Assembly (NCBI GenBank): GCA_002104905.1
Contig: MCFE01000681.1
Span: 1 to 46,591 of the forward strand
Direction of reading: 5' to 3'
DNA length: 46,591 nt
Origin: Basidiobolus meristosporus CBS 931.73
Lineage: Eukaryota; Fungi; Basidiobolomycota
This document shows, in pieces, positions 20,894-34,942 of this stretch (its first letter is position 1; each line of letters opens with the position of its first letter). The translations under genes and the position numbers were made by a program. The notes under the pieces are model-generated. The model was not told where the DNA came from and did no database searches. It saw nothing but the letters and a program-made list of their open reading frames with translations.

Positions 20894-21160
20894 ATGCAAC
20901 TAAAGTCATTCGCCTTACTCTTTGTTATCAGTGCACTCGCAATAGCGCAGCCAATTCCCTACAATGAACCAAGCCCGTCCGTCAGTAAAAACTCTTTTGA
21001 AGAACAAGGTGAATCCTGGCAAGAGCAATTGGAACAAGTGGAATATAAGCCTGGTGACGAGTACGAAGAAGACCAATTTGAGGAGTATGCAAATGATTAC
21101 TCTCTTCTTTTGCCCGATCCTCATCACCCTGCAGAAGCCAACCCTGATGCTCGCGTTTAA
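20894..21160 (+). CDS. Small secreted acidic protein, unknown function (88 aa)
   Basis: ATG start, signal-peptide-like MQLKSFALLFVISALAIA/QP, TATAAAA at ~20825, AT-rich 3' flank, paralogue at 19758. Confidence 0.75.
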   Translation: MQLKSFALLFVISALAIAQPIPYNEPSPSVSKNSFEEQGESWQEQLEQVEYKPGDEYEEDQFEEYANDYSLLLPDPHHPAEANPDARV

Positions 21161-21315
21161 CCCACTAAATTCGCTCAAGACACACCAACCACGATCGTTA
21201 ATCCTCTCCCGTTAATCAAGTTATAATATCATGACTGTCATCGAATTTTCACCTTTTCTCCACTTTAACCTGTGCGTTGTAAATTATTTTTATACTTGTG
21301 ATAACCATGTCATAG

Positions 21316-21332
21316 TATATATATATATATAT
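21316..21332. repeat. (TA)n microsatellite
   Basis: Direct reading. Confidence 0.9.
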
Positions 21333-21936
21333 TTTACTATTTAAAGATTAAAGGGCCTTTGACCTCTTTGTATTTTTACCTACCAGCCTCCTGTCAATCA
21401 ACATTTTTTCAGATACACAAGCTATTCGACCAAGCTCTGGTTTTGAGGACGTGTGGTGCTAGTATGGGAAATTTACGCAGGTTTTGGCCCGCTCTGCAAT
21501 ATTCAATATTCATTATTGTAATTGTGAAGCGTGTGTCACAAGACCAAATACGTATTGACCGGCCTGAATGTGTACCAATTCTGTTTCTCCTTTAATGTGA
21601 AAGGATCTCGAACATTTATTGCTGGTCCTTAGTCACGTGATAGGGCACAAACTGTTAAATCAAATAGCCGACTCTTCCCAATTATTGTTGTCATACTGAT
21701 ACTCAACACTTCGGGTATCATTTTGTGCTAATCCATGAACTGTTTCACTCGTATCCATATACGTGCTTATGCCGACCATATCAGTTACTGATAAGAGGAT
21801 TTCTTCAGTCACTATGCGATCACCCATTGCTTATAAATAAATTCCATTATAGGAAAGAGCCCAACACCCATATATAATCCCTGATTACGAGTCATGCCGC
21901 TCATCTACCCTCTGAATCAACATTCATTCCAAGCCA

Positions 21937-22769
21937 ATGAGTCAACAACCAAGCTCAACTGTATTGAAAGCCAAGGCCATCATATTTGATCTTGATGGTA
22001 CGCTTCTTGATACTACACCTTTGGTCGAACGTCACTGGCGAAATTTCGCACGTGAGCATGGCCTGGATGGCGATAAAGTGTTTGTCCAAGATAAACTAAG
22101 TCCCTTGCTCCTTTCTTACTGACATACTCGAACGTAACTTAGATCCTTGAGACCTCCCATGGTCGTCGCACTATCGAGACCATTGGTATGTGGGTGCCGG
22201 AAAAGGCGACACCCGAAATAGCGAATGAATATGAGCGAAAGCTGTGTCTCGAAACCGATGGATTGGTTGTTTTGCCAGGTGTAAAAGAGCTGCTTGCAAC
22301 AATCCCCAAAAACAAATGTGCCATATGCACTGCTGGTACTCATTACCATGCAGCGACCCGTTTAGATCAATGTGGAATCGAGAAGCCTGATGTCATGGCA
22401 ACTGGTGACAAGGTATAGAGTATATGCTTGCTTATTTGTTGTATACCTGACACCATGGATCTGCCCGACTGATTGAGATATTTGATATCGATTAAGGTGC
22501 TACAAGGAAAGCCTCATCCAGAAGGTTATCTCCTGGCAGCTAAGCAGCTCGGTGTATCCCCAGAAGAATGTGTTGTCTTTGAAGATGCACCACTTGGCAT
22601 TCGTGCTGCACGTGCCGCCGGTATGACATGTATTGCGTGTACTACCACCCACCCAATTCAACAGTTGCGGGAATCCAATGCGAACTACATCGTCGAATAT
22701 CTAACCGATATAAAGGTAACAGTGTTGCCCGATGAAAGTCTCGAGATCCTTGTTAGCAACGAGTTATAG
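21937..22769 (+). CDS. HAD-superfamily sugar/glycerol-phosphate phosphatase (GPP/DOG/YfbT-like)
   Basis: Exons 21937-22077, 22143-22412, 22497-22769; motifs DLDGTLLDT, SHGRRT, GKPHPEGY, VFEDAPLGIRAA. Confidence 0.92.
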
Positions 22770-23299
22770 AGTGCGATAGAATGGTGTAAGCCACCTAGAG
22801 TAGCACAGATCATAGTCTATTGACTATTCGCCATCGTTCCTAATCATTTTTCCGATATAAAGCAATGTGATGTGTGCCCAGTGACAAATATATCCATAGA
22901 ATTGTGCAAAGATGAATAGCTTTACATGACTGATGTTTTCTTGACAGATGACCATCACTTTACAACATCCATTTTAGTAAGGCTTGGATATTTTCCCTAG
23001 GTTTCGGGTGGATGAAGTAATTTTGGAAGCGTGGAAATGGACAGGATTCTATCAAGAAATTCTTACTGGGTATAGAGTATCTACCCAAATAGCCACAAGC
23101 TTTAAGACTGAAGTTAGGGCTATGTCCTGCTAAACTAGTTGCTTGGCACATACGTATCCGTTTATCTGGATTTCATAGTTGCTGATGCCGATCAACTCGA
23201 ACATATCTTGTGTCTTTGAACCACCTTGACAAGTATTCAGAATTTCCGAAATGAACCTAAGCCCCTCACTTGACCCAGCATACTAGGGCTTTCCGGATT

Positions 23300-23750
23300 A
23301 CCACAAAATATGGCTGGATTGTTCAAATAGCCTTAGATCGATGATGAGGAACTGTCTAGATGGATTTTCCTGGGATGCCAAGTTTAATTGCTTTTGATTT
23401 TCCGCCACCATCCGATGATTCGCTAGGCTTCTCGTTGACAGTTCTTCACACCACAAGAGATACCCCTTATATGATGAGAACAGTTTCCAACCAATAGACG
23501 CTTCGGCAAATCGGGTGATCTTTATCTCCTATTACGAAGTTAAGGTGCACACGTAATCGTTCCCGGAACATCTAAGGTATTTTAGGATGCTGGATCACTG
23601 CATATCATTGTCAATCAACTTCTCTAGACAAAATTTGAAGTGTAGAGTTTTGGCACACTTATATGGACTGTATCCATATGGAGCTAGACAGGAGCCAAGA
23701 AATAATAGCTGGAGCAAGTTCAGGAATGTTAAACAACTGTAAAAGCTACA
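23300..23750 (-). pseudogene. Possible decayed F-box-like coding remnant
   Basis: One frame reads LFNIPELAPAIISWLLSSSIW...VCQ...FRERLRVHLNFVIGDKDHPICRSVYWLETVLII with scattered stops; family assignment is only a resemblance. Confidence 0.3.
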
Positions 23751-25784
23751 CCTGCTGGAAGCTTCTACATATTTGATATTTTGAAAGAAAATCGTCTTGG
23801 GATAAGATTTGCTTTCCCAGTCAAATAATGGAAACAGCCATGAATATTATTTAAAAGCTGTACAAAAGCTACAGACTGATTTTTACATGTGAGATGCATG
23901 CTCATGATATTGTTTGTAGCATGATTTTGGGAAGCTTGGGAGATGGCTTGAAAGACCAAGTAAATTTGTCTTTTTATTTGATGAGTAATATATCAAGTTC
24001 AATCGAAGAACTAATTCAAGTGAAACTCTCTTAAAAGTTAAGTGAATCAATTGTAACACCAATGTGGTGTTGATCAGAGATTTCTACTAGAGCAAATCTA
24101 ATTTAGGATCCAAATTATTTATTTACTGGAAAGACTAAGGAGCAGTAATGGATGATTCTGAAAGCTACAGATCATTGATAAACTTCACTGTTTTTGATAG
24201 CAGGACTTCACATTCAGAAACTCACTGCAAGTAAATATCGTAATACCAAAGGGATGAGGTGCTTCCAAATCAAGCAAATTGTGTACCTGGGAGCGTATCT
24301 GCTTTGAATTTATATGAATACCTAAATACACCAATCTTCAGAGTAGCTAGTCTGTTTGTCAGAATGTACGTTGGATTTGTGAAATTTTGTCAGATAATAG
24401 ACCAAAGTAATAGTTCTTAACTAAAGAACGATTAGGTGTAGTTCTATTTATTTATAACAGCTTTGGTATTATTCAAAAGTTCTAGTCATTACCCGTACCG
24501 TGTGGAAAGTGGAAGTGAGATCCTGGATGTGATTTGGTATATGTACAAAAATGCGTGGTTTTCATTTTTGATTTATTGGGTTGAAATAAAGTATTGGTAC
24601 TTTTAGGTGAATCCGGTCAAAATAAAGGTTGGGATACCTTGTGGAAATATTGAAAGTTACCCGCAATTTCAAACATGTCGCAAACTTTGCGCAGCGAAAT
24701 TCCTGGGCCTGTCCACGATGTCAGAAAATTAGTGAATAAATCCACAAACCTCAATTTTACATAGATGAAAGCACCATCTCTAAATATACGAGTCATTAGG
24801 TCCGAAGCTAATTATTGGCAACATACCAACAATCTACCATACGCCTGGTTGCACCACATTCGGCAAAGTGAGGGTGCATCGAGGCTATTAATAGGGTATT
24901 TGACTTCAAACAATTTATTAGCGATCATGCAGTATTCAGGCTAGCTAATCACGATGTCTGGAAAAGTGAAATTCAAAAGCGTGGTACCAAGGTGCAGAGT
25001 CAATGGGTAGGTAGTAATTTGTGGATGGTGTTTCGATGTCTGATACTGAATTGTTTTACGGCAAGATGCATATCTTCTCAGTTTTACAGGTAGCATGCTT
25101 GATTGGTTATCCAATTGAAAGCGAAGCAAATTTTGCTGAATGTAAATCTCTTGACATACTTCTATCGAATCATTACTTAGTAGTCAAGCTCACCAACTAC
25201 ACTTTGATACAGATACGTGGTGAGTTACAGAAACAAACATATGCAAGACATGTTCTAAACCAAAGCAGATGATTCCCTATCTACATTGATGCATGCATAA
25301 GATGGTAATTTGAAGGTTTGGAAGTAGTCATGTGCAACTGTATCTAGAAGGTATAATCATTGATGGGGTCATTTTGAGGGCCTACCAACCCCATTATTTC
25401 ATAAGATGAGTAATGATTCCTTTATATGCAAATCGACCTTAGAGTCTAAATATGGTAAGCTTTGCAAAGCTACACGTCGACTCCACTATAAGCTGAGAAG
25501 TAAAGGCACCAATTATGGAATTCATGATTTTGATATATCATCAGATAGGATTCCCATGAATTCACATGAGAACTATGATTTGGTTCATTGCGTAATTGTC
25601 GTCATCTCCAAACTCTACTATCGGTATTGGTGGATTGCTGTGGAAAGCCCGGGTATATAAGCGTAGATTAGTTGACCAGTACATCCAAGATACTATATGC
25701 GACTTCGCTTTGCAACCATTATTCCAGTAAATACCCCTTAGAACACTCAGGCGCTGAATTCGACCGACCCACATATCCATTACA

Positions 25785-26243
25785 ATGACCCCTTTACTTC
25801 GCCAAAATACTCGAGAGCTGTGGGTTCCTGTGGGAAAGAATAACTCAATCCATTCGCAAGAGGTAGCCCCTATAGTCGTGACAGCTGAACTGGCTTTCCC
25901 TGAAATGGAATCCCGTCTTAGTGGACGGCCTAGTGTAGATCATTTATGTAAATATGCCACAAACGAATGCTTGCATCCCAAAAGAAGAGCAGCCACTGTG
26001 ACTACTGAATACACCTCTTTTCCGCATCATTTTGATCAAGACATCTCGAATAATGTCGCGACTACTGTGGTGAATAGCGGAAAACCTCCCAATAGGTTGG
26101 AATATACATCATTCCCAGCCCCATTAACCGAAAGATCAGCTACTGAGCCTGTAGCATTCGGCTTGGATCACCGTTTGGAACGCCCAGAGCGCAATGAATT
26201 TCGAACCACCTCCCTTCCAGACCTACACAAGATGGAGCGTTAG
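25785..26243 (+). CDS. Hypothetical protein (152 aa), probably disordered, with repeated EYTSFP motif
   Basis: ATG-started ORF of 459 nt in AT-rich surroundings; TATATAA at ~25654; no recognised domain. Confidence 0.5.
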   Translation: MTPLLRQNTRELWVPVGKNNSIHSQEVAPIVVTAELAFPEMESRLSGRPSVDHLCKYATNECLHPKRRAATVTTEYTSFPHHFDQDISNNVATTVVNSGKPPNRLEYTSFPAPLTERSATEPVAFGLDHRLERPERNEFRTTSLPDLHKMER

Positions 26244-26750
26244 GCTCTCCGAGATGTTGTAATTGTAGTATAGGTATGTCCAATCTGGTCTCTTAAGTCA
26301 CGCCATTGGTTCAAGTGGTTATTCTGGCCCTGCTATATATTGTTTATAAATTCCCTCGCTGTTGATGGCATGTACAAATCTCCAATACTGTGTGACTCCT
26401 GATGCATATTTGTAGTTGCGATTTCAAAATAAACCGCTACTTTGCCATCAGAAATTCTATGGGGTATATATATATGGAGTGGCAACACAATATCGCTACG
26501 TTTATTCTGTATCAAATTTAGCTAGTGTTTCGTCGGAACCAACATGCTCACTTCACATTTGTTATTTATCACCAAGAGATGAATACCTATTTTTGTGCTG
26601 CTACTTCTAGCTCATATCTTACTTCGCTGCAAATGATCCACATCTAATTCACTGGAAGAAAATCGTTCGAACAAATTTCGATTAGACAAGCGGTTTATTG
26701 TAGATGTTCGAAAGGGACAGATTTACATATGGATTGCAGCACAGACACTA

Positions 26751-28456
<1,706 letters not shown>

Positions 28457-29323
28457 AGCTGACCAATAAGTAGGGATGGAGGTATCTAGTGTAGGGGGAT
28501 ATGCAGTTTGCTGAAGCCTCACGTACCTTGGTATCGATTTTTATACTTTCCTCCGACATGGAAGGCATTATCAGTGACGCATGACAACTACCCGTTTAAT
28601 CTGATACTTGGGCTACTTTCAATCAGCGACATTGGCAACGTCATGGCATACCACATATCAGGATACCATCATCAGAAAATGTAGGTGTAGTTTCGCCTTT
28701 TCCGGATTAGATGAGTTCCTTTTGTGACGTCAAGCTAAGTGGACGGATATGGCATAACTTCGTCTGAATAGATCATAAACAGGCCTTGTGTTGCACGAGG
28801 TTCCCTTTTGCTTTGCGCTTTGTCAGACTTCATTTAGTCGGGTCTCACAATAAACAAGCGTTACCACTGGAAAGGGTATTCATTTACTTGAATCCACTAA
28901 CGATCTGATTTCTGATAGCAAGTCTGTGATCCATGAAACAAATCCGATTGCGCTGAATTGATGACTCTCCCGAAGCCATTGCCTCGAATGTTAAAAACCC
29001 ACGTTTCTTGTTTGGTATAGTGTGCGCTACACCAAGGGAAATGGCAATTGGCATCAAGAATCGATGTGCCAAATTACTCAACCAAAAAGAGCGCTCATTC
29101 CTTGTGTGAATGCTGTGTACAAAGATGTGTATGAAATGGGCTCCATCACAATGCTCCTACTCTGCTGTGCAATCAGCGGGCATTCTGCATGCATGAAAGA
29201 CTCTAGAATGCAACCAACATTCAAACAAAGACGGCACATCTAATCATATTTATTAACTCGGCTTTATGGCTCATCACTCATAATATATGATTAGTATGAA
29301 GTGTGCATGACCTTGGATTTCGT

Positions 29324-31034
29324 TTAGGCCACGGCAAACTTGGGCCGGATATCAATAGGAATGTCGACCAATTTTTTCAGCGCCAGTGCTGCATAGTCCC
29401 GATTAATACCGTATGTATTCAGGAATTGCTCTGCTTTGGATTTATCCCCATTTCCTTGGATAATCATGATTTCCCGTACAAGCGACTCCACTGCATGATC
29501 GATTTTGTCGAAGTTCACGCGGAACAGCTCAGCTGTGGAATCATAGACGAATCCCCCTTGGTCAATCAGGTAGTTTAGCTGTGCAGCTTGGCCACGTCCG
29601 TGAGCCTCGTTTAGGCCAAACCTTATCGATCTAAATGCACTTGCCAAATAGGTCACATAGAAGCTTTCCATGCTGACGTGTTTGAACGAGCCTTTGTCCG
29701 ACAGTAATTTAGCAGCGAAAAGGCCGGTGATATCGGCCTTCGCCTCCTCAAGGGTAGAATGGTACTCCTGAAGTTTGCTTCGAATCGGCACGACCGGTTC
29801 TTGGACGGTTTCGTGTGGCCCGTTTGAGTGGGATACCTCATGAAGCAAAATGTGATTGAAGAAAGCTTCAAAATCAATATATTGCCTTTGCTTGGGGTCA
29901 ATCAATATTTCGGATATTTTCACCAGGATGCTCTGGAACTTTTGTTCTTGCACATTCTTAATGATGACCAGTTTGGATCCGCCTCGTTTGATAGCCTGTT
30001 CATCATTGGGGAGATTGTATGCTGCTGTCATCGGAACTGTAGCATCGCCTCCACTGTATAGTTCGTTCACAACAACGATTGGTGTGGCTCGAAGGTGTTT
30101 GTTCTTGTACGCATCATCGATTGGGAGATGAGCCTCCACTTCAGGTAACGACTCTTCAAATACTTTTAGCAAAGCCGAGGATTCAAAATCTCTAGCATGT
30201 ATAAACATTTCAAACGAAGCCTTGTATGAGTTCATCTTGTCATCGTAGGTTTCATAAGGCCCAACAGTAACTAGATATATGTAACGTTAGCTCGCCTACC
30301 AAGTGGCTTTGGCAAAGTGGTGCATTCTACTTACTCTCCAACGGGCTTTTATCGCTTATATTAATCCAATCGAGCTCACTTTCCAAGTATTCGTTGCTTA
30401 TGAAACTCTTTGCTCTGGAACTTAAAAACTTGCTCAAGCTCTTGTCGGAAACCAAATTTGCAGCTTCTTGAAGCAGCTTTGAAGCAGGCTCGAGTAAGTC
30501 TCTGTACTCCTCCGAATATGGAACCAAGTATAGAGCCCCTTTGTCGTCACGTTTTACAACGTGATAAAAGCCCTTGGCTTGCTCTTTTTGCTCTTGACTC
30601 AAAGTTTCCAACCAGGCTTCGAACTCAGCCTTATCCAAGTCGACGGGATAGAAATTGGCGGTATCTGGGCGAGGCTTAACACCTGCTATAAAGGGCTTCT
30701 CTTCATCGACTAGATCCCAGGGCCCTTTGAATAATTTATACAATTCCAATAGCTCAGGCTCTTCCTTTGAGCAACTGGAAAGTTTTTCATAGAGCTCCTC
30801 GTTACCAGGTGAGACTTGTCTGATATAGATCCTATCTAGCAAGTGAGCTACCTCTACTAACTTACTGACTGCTTTTCTATCTCCCTCTGTTAAACGGCTC
30901 AGATCTCCAGACAACTCAACTTTTTCAAAGCGAGATAAACGCTCTTTCAAAGTTAGAGGACTACCCTTGGCAGGTGCAGGGCAACCATTCTGTAGTTCAG
31001 AAGTGCGTAAAATGGAAGATAAAGAATTACTCAT
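29324..31034 (-). CDS. Peptidase family M49 dipeptidyl peptidase III, HEXXH type (like the peptidase domain of plant Nudix hydrolase 3 and bacterial DPP III)
   Basis: Exons 31034-30335 and 30270-29324 (intron 30271-30334 gives SPLEITVGPYETYDD); AYNLPND, LHEVSHSNGP, EEAKAD, FRSIRFG...EAHG. No Nudix box seen. Confidence 0.92.
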
Positions 31035-31269
31035 AATAAAGCCAATATCAGTTAATGGTAAAGAAACAATGTGCTGTTTATGCTATATACATACGCTCAC
31101 GTGTCTGATGCCATTCTGATTTTGCGTAATCGAATTTGTAAAGAGTGCAATGCTATGCGGTCAAATGAGTCGGATCAGTGAGACAGTGACTGATCGCGAT
31201 TAATGGAAAAACTTGATCACATCAGCTATCATGATCGAAATTTTCAAACCCGCACCTTATTTTGACAGT

Positions 31270-32840
31270 TAGTTAGGAAATCACACATATATCAGGAATT
31301 CAGTTGAAATAATTATCAACATGGCAAAAACCTGCAAGGTGGTATACCTAAGTGCACATCTTGATCAGCGCCAGTCTTTTGGAATACTCTACATAGTGTT
31401 GGCAAAGTAAACACAAAGAATGTGCTAAAGGAGATCCCAAGAACATGTATGCAGAGCTGGAGGCTCTTTGCACAACTCTGAATTTCACTACCACTAAGAT
31501 GAAATATTAATCAAAGAGTAATAGGAAACCATCATAATACTAGTTGAGATTAAGGTCTCTCTAAAGTTATAGCTCTTGCTTTCTCAGGTACTAGCTATTT
31601 GGCTGACAATCAGATTTATTCCCCCGGAGGAGACTAGGCCAACTGGCACACACATCAAATTTGATAATCAGCTACCTACCACTTCCACAGGAGTTGTGAC
31701 TAGAAGCTTGAAGCCAGCTGAATGCCAGTAAAATACCTTAAGAATGCCTGCAGAATACCAGCTGTTTCTTAGATGAGTTCTAAACTTGGACTTTTCATAG
31801 GGTACTGGTGGACTTGGGTTTTTATCAAATAAGGCATCCCTGAGCTTGCTCAGCTACTTTGCTTTGATATTGTAGGGCTTATTACCCTGATGCAGATTTC
31901 AATAGCTCAAGTATATATTTGTCACTCTTTGGGTTATATTTTGACTGATTTACAGGCATTATGTAAGCATATACAGAGCAGGTATAGTGTATGGGGTGCC
32001 CTGTATTCAGCTTATATCAATAGCATGCCTCAAATGAGTTTGCAGCATAAAATATTCTGATATTGCTGCCTTTTGGTGTGGAGATATAATGGAATATAAG
32101 TCAACTTGTTTGGGTTCTGATCCCTGATACCCAAGGCAGTTCAACTGTTGCTTGAAAAGTGGTTTGATATTCCGAGTTGTGAAAATGAAACTGATATTCC
32201 AAACAAATCCCAACAGGGAATCTGGGCAAAAATGCTCCAAGATTTGTAGTATGTGATCTAAGTGACTATGTTGGTTGAATAATTTTTGGTGTAGTTACAA
32301 AGTTCACAATAATAAACAGGTGTAAGTATTAGATTTACTGCAAACACAGTATGAATAATCAAGTACTGTATGTTGTTGCATGTCACTTAATATAAGACTA
32401 AGCTTTGTTATAGCAGTATTGATCATCAGGTACTTACCATGCAATAAAGTGCTTTAATGACAGGGGTACTGATAAACTAGTTATGATGGGTAACAATACC
32501 AATCAAAAAATCTAACGTTGTATCTGGGCTCTCAAGTTTTCTTGTCTTTTAAATGAAGTGTGCAGGTATATTGTTAGTTGACACTCTCTCACACCTATTG
32601 CCATTCAATACACTGTCACCTAATGAGCTGCGAGCAAATGGCACAACCATCAAAATAACTAATGCTAAAAAGAACATTGGTCCCCTGTACCTCTGATGGG
32701 AGGTACAATATATAGCATGCTTTTGTTTCCATCCCCTTCAGTACACAATATACATTGGAAATACACTTGAAGATAACCAACCTTATTCATGTTTGGATAT
32801 CTACTTGACTCTTTTTACAGCAATCAGTTGACTCAAAAAT
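31270..32840. other. CpG-depleted, AT-rich segment, probably a decayed repeat or transposon
   Basis: About five CG dinucleotides seen in ~1.55 kb, against CpG-normal flanks; no recognisable domain. Confidence 0.45.
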
Positions 32841-34942
32841 ACGAATCCGCCCATATCATGAGCACGGAGCACTAAAGCCTTACCCCACGTTACTTTTTGA
32901 TGGCTTCCAGACGACTAACAGCAGGAGTTATCTTCATAGAGTTCCCTCAGTTGGCGGGGTATTTTCAACTCAGGAAAGCAGCCTTTAGAGGGTGATATTC
33001 GAATTTTCTTGTGGATATTAATTTCTTCATGTATTACCCAAGTGCCCAATAAGGCAGATTTGCGCGGTTCATCGGACATAACTACGAATCTGGCACTACC
33101 AAACGTAATGTCGGTTATAAAACAATCATTCGAAACGTGATAATACTTCAGCAAATTGCTGTATCACTACAACCAGCTTTCCAGCACCGTTGATTGGAGG
33201 AGAATTCAACTCTCTCACGCCATGAGGGTCAGTTAACCCTAAGATGCACAATAAATAGACCGAAGCGGCGAAGACTGGTATTATTCAAAAGAGTAGAATA
33301 AATACGAATTACACCACAGGATTGGAGAGCTGTATCCCGGGCGATATGACAAGAGTATATTTTTGCGCTCGTCCGCATCAAATCATTCGCGCTAAGATGC
33401 AGAGGTATCCACAATAGCATCGAATCATAGGACTTGTGGGCATATTTTCAGTATCCCAAGTATCCGCTCACTTACCACGATTTTTATGAGCCTGGTGCCA
33501 TTTAGCGCAGCAGAATGGTGAAAGCGGGTCGTCACGGGCTAGCGATGGAATAATACTGGAATTGGCATCGGGCCCGGCCTCTAACCAGAGAGCGGTGTAG
33601 GCTATTGGTAAAATTGGCTCGAGGCCACTCTGCTTTCTAGAATTGATGCGGTTTTCTAGATTGAGGAAGTATGACATGGGAAGGGTGACTGAAACCAAAT
33701 CTAGGTGGCAAATACGTTCATTCCGATTTTATGCCGAAAAGAACGTCGCTGATAAACATCATGCCTCGGTTCAGCCGCCCGCTGATTGGCTGGGCCATCA
33801 GCCCGTATACTCGATTGCTTCGAGAACCAAGCCTGCTCCCTTTTACAACATCGATTCCATCCCAATAGCATTCATGTGAAGACGAGCGGAGAATGCTCGG
33901 CTAGTGTGAGATTCGCAGCGCAATAGTGATGCTTCGCCAAGAAAATCCATCAAACCTTATTTCGTATCACGGAGTTCCAAATACAGACACCGGACGGAGT
34001 CGGCGAAAGGGGATTTTGGGAACACCTCGATTTCTTGCTGTATTTTGCCGATCAGCCATTGGTCGGCAGCGCGGTGCGAGATGGAGGTTTGCTTAATTTC
34101 AATCAAGGTACGACCCTTTAAGTGGGCACTTCCATTGCCATTGGATTGCTGGGGCTGATCGAGTAACCTTATGAGGCGGAATAGGTTAGGTTAGAGTAGT
34201 TGCTGGATGCCCCGGCCTGGGCCAATAGGCACCGAGGGGCCCTTTGACTCACTCTATCCATCTACAAGCAAGGTCATTTGATCCAAGACCGTTTCTAGCT
34301 GCCCTTCATGTGCCTTGTCCATCGCACCTAGTGCTTATTATTACGCGATGATGAGACCGATGAATCATCCAGCTGGGTCGGTGGCCTCAACCACACGCAG
34401 CTTAGACCTCTGGCTGATTTTCGCTCAGGAAACAGTATGTCAATGGGATTGGATTACCATACACAGGCGCTTTGTGAGTAGCCCTGGGCGAATCACAGCC
34501 GGCCTTCCAGCTCGCAATGGAATCCGAGTTATTCAAGGATGTGGTTTTCTTCATGATACAACTAATTTCTTGGCCATTTAGGATAGAACAGTCCAAATCT
34601 AGAAATTAAAATAGAATGAGAAGGTGCGCTTGAATAACAGGCGGTCGAAATGGTTGGTTCAGAGTCACAGTAGAGTGATCGGGCGTGAAATTTTGTGGTG
34701 GGGAGAGGGGTTGGATTAAATTTACTTAAAAACGGCATATCGCTACATTTCCTCAAAGTCCCTTTTTGATATCACCGCCCGGTTTACTGGGTGATTATTC
34801 GTTTCAGCCATTGATTTAATTCACGTATATCCTTTAACTCGCCTCGCTCCTTCCAACACCCCCTCGGTTGTAGTACTATAATCCTATCAGTTACCCGTAG
34901 TACACCTTGCACAGACATATTGGGTCTCGTACTTTTCTCCCA

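Noticed and set aside
28457-28522. N-terminal extension of the amylase (MRLQQTAYPP...)
   Set aside because: Begins at GTG, is not a signal peptide and has no GH13 similarity; ATG at 28456 fits the family start.
32915-33698. Three minus-strand ORFs that might form a spliced gene
   Set aside because: The GTAAGT donor near 33476 led to an early stop with the acceptors I tried, and no domain was recognised.
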